This document shows, piece after piece, positions 35,235-35,744 of a stretch of DNA of 35,744 nucleotides. The position numbers were made by a program, and so were the translations under genes. Positions within the stretch are counted from its first letter, which is position 1. Each line of letters opens with the position of its first letter. The DNA is from Minisyncoccota bacterium (GTDB lineage Bacteria > Patescibacteriota > Minisyncoccia > Phycocordibacterales > UBA9973): NCBI GenBank assembly GCA_016649835.1, contig JAENWX010000003.1, forward strand, positions 1 through 35,744, read 5' to 3'. The notes under the pieces are model-generated. The model had not been told where the DNA came from. It saw only the letters and a program-made list of their open reading frames with translations, and searched no databases.

Positions 35235-35311
35235 TGGTCCGCCCTCTAGGATTCGAACCTAGGACCCCAGAGGTATAAGCTCTGTGCTCTAACCAACTGA
35301 GCTAAGGACGG
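35235..35311 (-). tRNA. tRNA-Ile (TAT)
   Basis: Acceptor CCGTCCT/AGGGCGG, anticodon arm CAGAG-CT TAT AC-CTCTG (35275-35277), T arm CTAGG-TTCGAAT-CCTAG, A73, CCA encoded. Confidence 0.93.
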
Positions 35312-35364
35312 ATACAGTGGTTATTTTTTAATACTACAAAATAAAGTGAGTTTATGCAAAGAGC

Positions 35365-35744
35365 TTAAGCTTTCTTTTCCGTGTCTATTGCACTATCTTT
35401 TTTCTTTAATTCTATACCGTGGCGAGTTAATATCTTCTCATATTCTTCTTGTTCTAGGGTTTCAACTTCAATCAACTTCTTGGCAATATCTACAAATGCT
35501 TTCTGGTGTTCTTTAAGAACTTTCTCAGCAGAAACTAGTCCGTCATTTATTATCCTAGAAATCTCTTCATCTACTTTAGTAGCAATATGTTCAGAATGTT
35601 CTTTATTATTACTTTCAGCATATGGATTCATTCCATCTTTCCCAGCTAAAGCCACAGGGCCTATGACATCTGACATACCCCATCTAGTCACCATAGCTCG
35701 AGCTAGGTTAGTAGATACCTGTAGATCGCTCGATGGTCCAGTAG
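35365..35744 (-). CDS. ftsH: ATP-dependent zinc metalloprotease FtsH, C-terminal part (5' end outside window)
   Basis: TGPSSDLQVSTNLARAMVTRWGMSDVIGPV...IAKKLIEVETL, matching the peptidase M41 C-terminus. Confidence 0.92.
   Translation of the reverse strand, partial: TGPSSDLQVSTNLARAMVTRWGMSDVIGPVALAGKDGMNPYAESNNKEHSEHIATKVDEEISRIINDGLVSAEKVLKEHQKAFVDIAKKLIEVETLEQEEYEKILTRHGIELKKKDSAIDTEKKA

Noticed and set aside
35734-35744. TGGTCCAGTAG at the window end matches the CTACTGGACCA trailer motif
   Set aside because: It encodes the expected FtsH TG(P/A)S residues, so it is probably coincidental.

Overview
AT-rich bacterial chromosome segment. The gene content points to a Patescibacteria/CPR (Parcubacteria-like) genome, which is an inference: a type IV pilus cluster with no secretin, a PaaX/Cas2-like ORF and apparently leaderless genes. 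Coding content: the 3' end of a GIY-YIG nuclease, two ORFs with DGR-target-like C-termini, gatA/gatC, ligA, a roughly 13 kb type IV pilus/competence cluster (four minor pilins, pilD, three tandem major pilins, pilC, pilT, a receiver-domain protein, pilB, pilO/N/M-like genes) with divergent comF, an ATP-grasp protein, a HAD hydrolase, DksA/TraR, MscS, recG, a 1146-aa membrane protein, a LysM-like lipoprotein and the 3' end of ftsH. There are four tRNAs: Asp-GTC, Ser-GCT, and the unusual Ser-ACT and Ile-TAT. The most striking signal is non-coding. (1) Every tRNA is followed by a 250-400 bp modular structured trailer. It carries antisense and sense copies of that tRNA's own acceptor/T-arm around hairpin cassettes shared between loci. 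(2) A 4 x 83 bp tandem array with compensatory base changes sits inside the pil operon. (3) The PaaX/Cas2-like gene is bracketed by related palindromes, with a solo copy 18 kb away. (4) Palindromic mini-elements sit in frame inside ligA and a prepilin leader. All alignments and pairings were read by eye; no database search was run.
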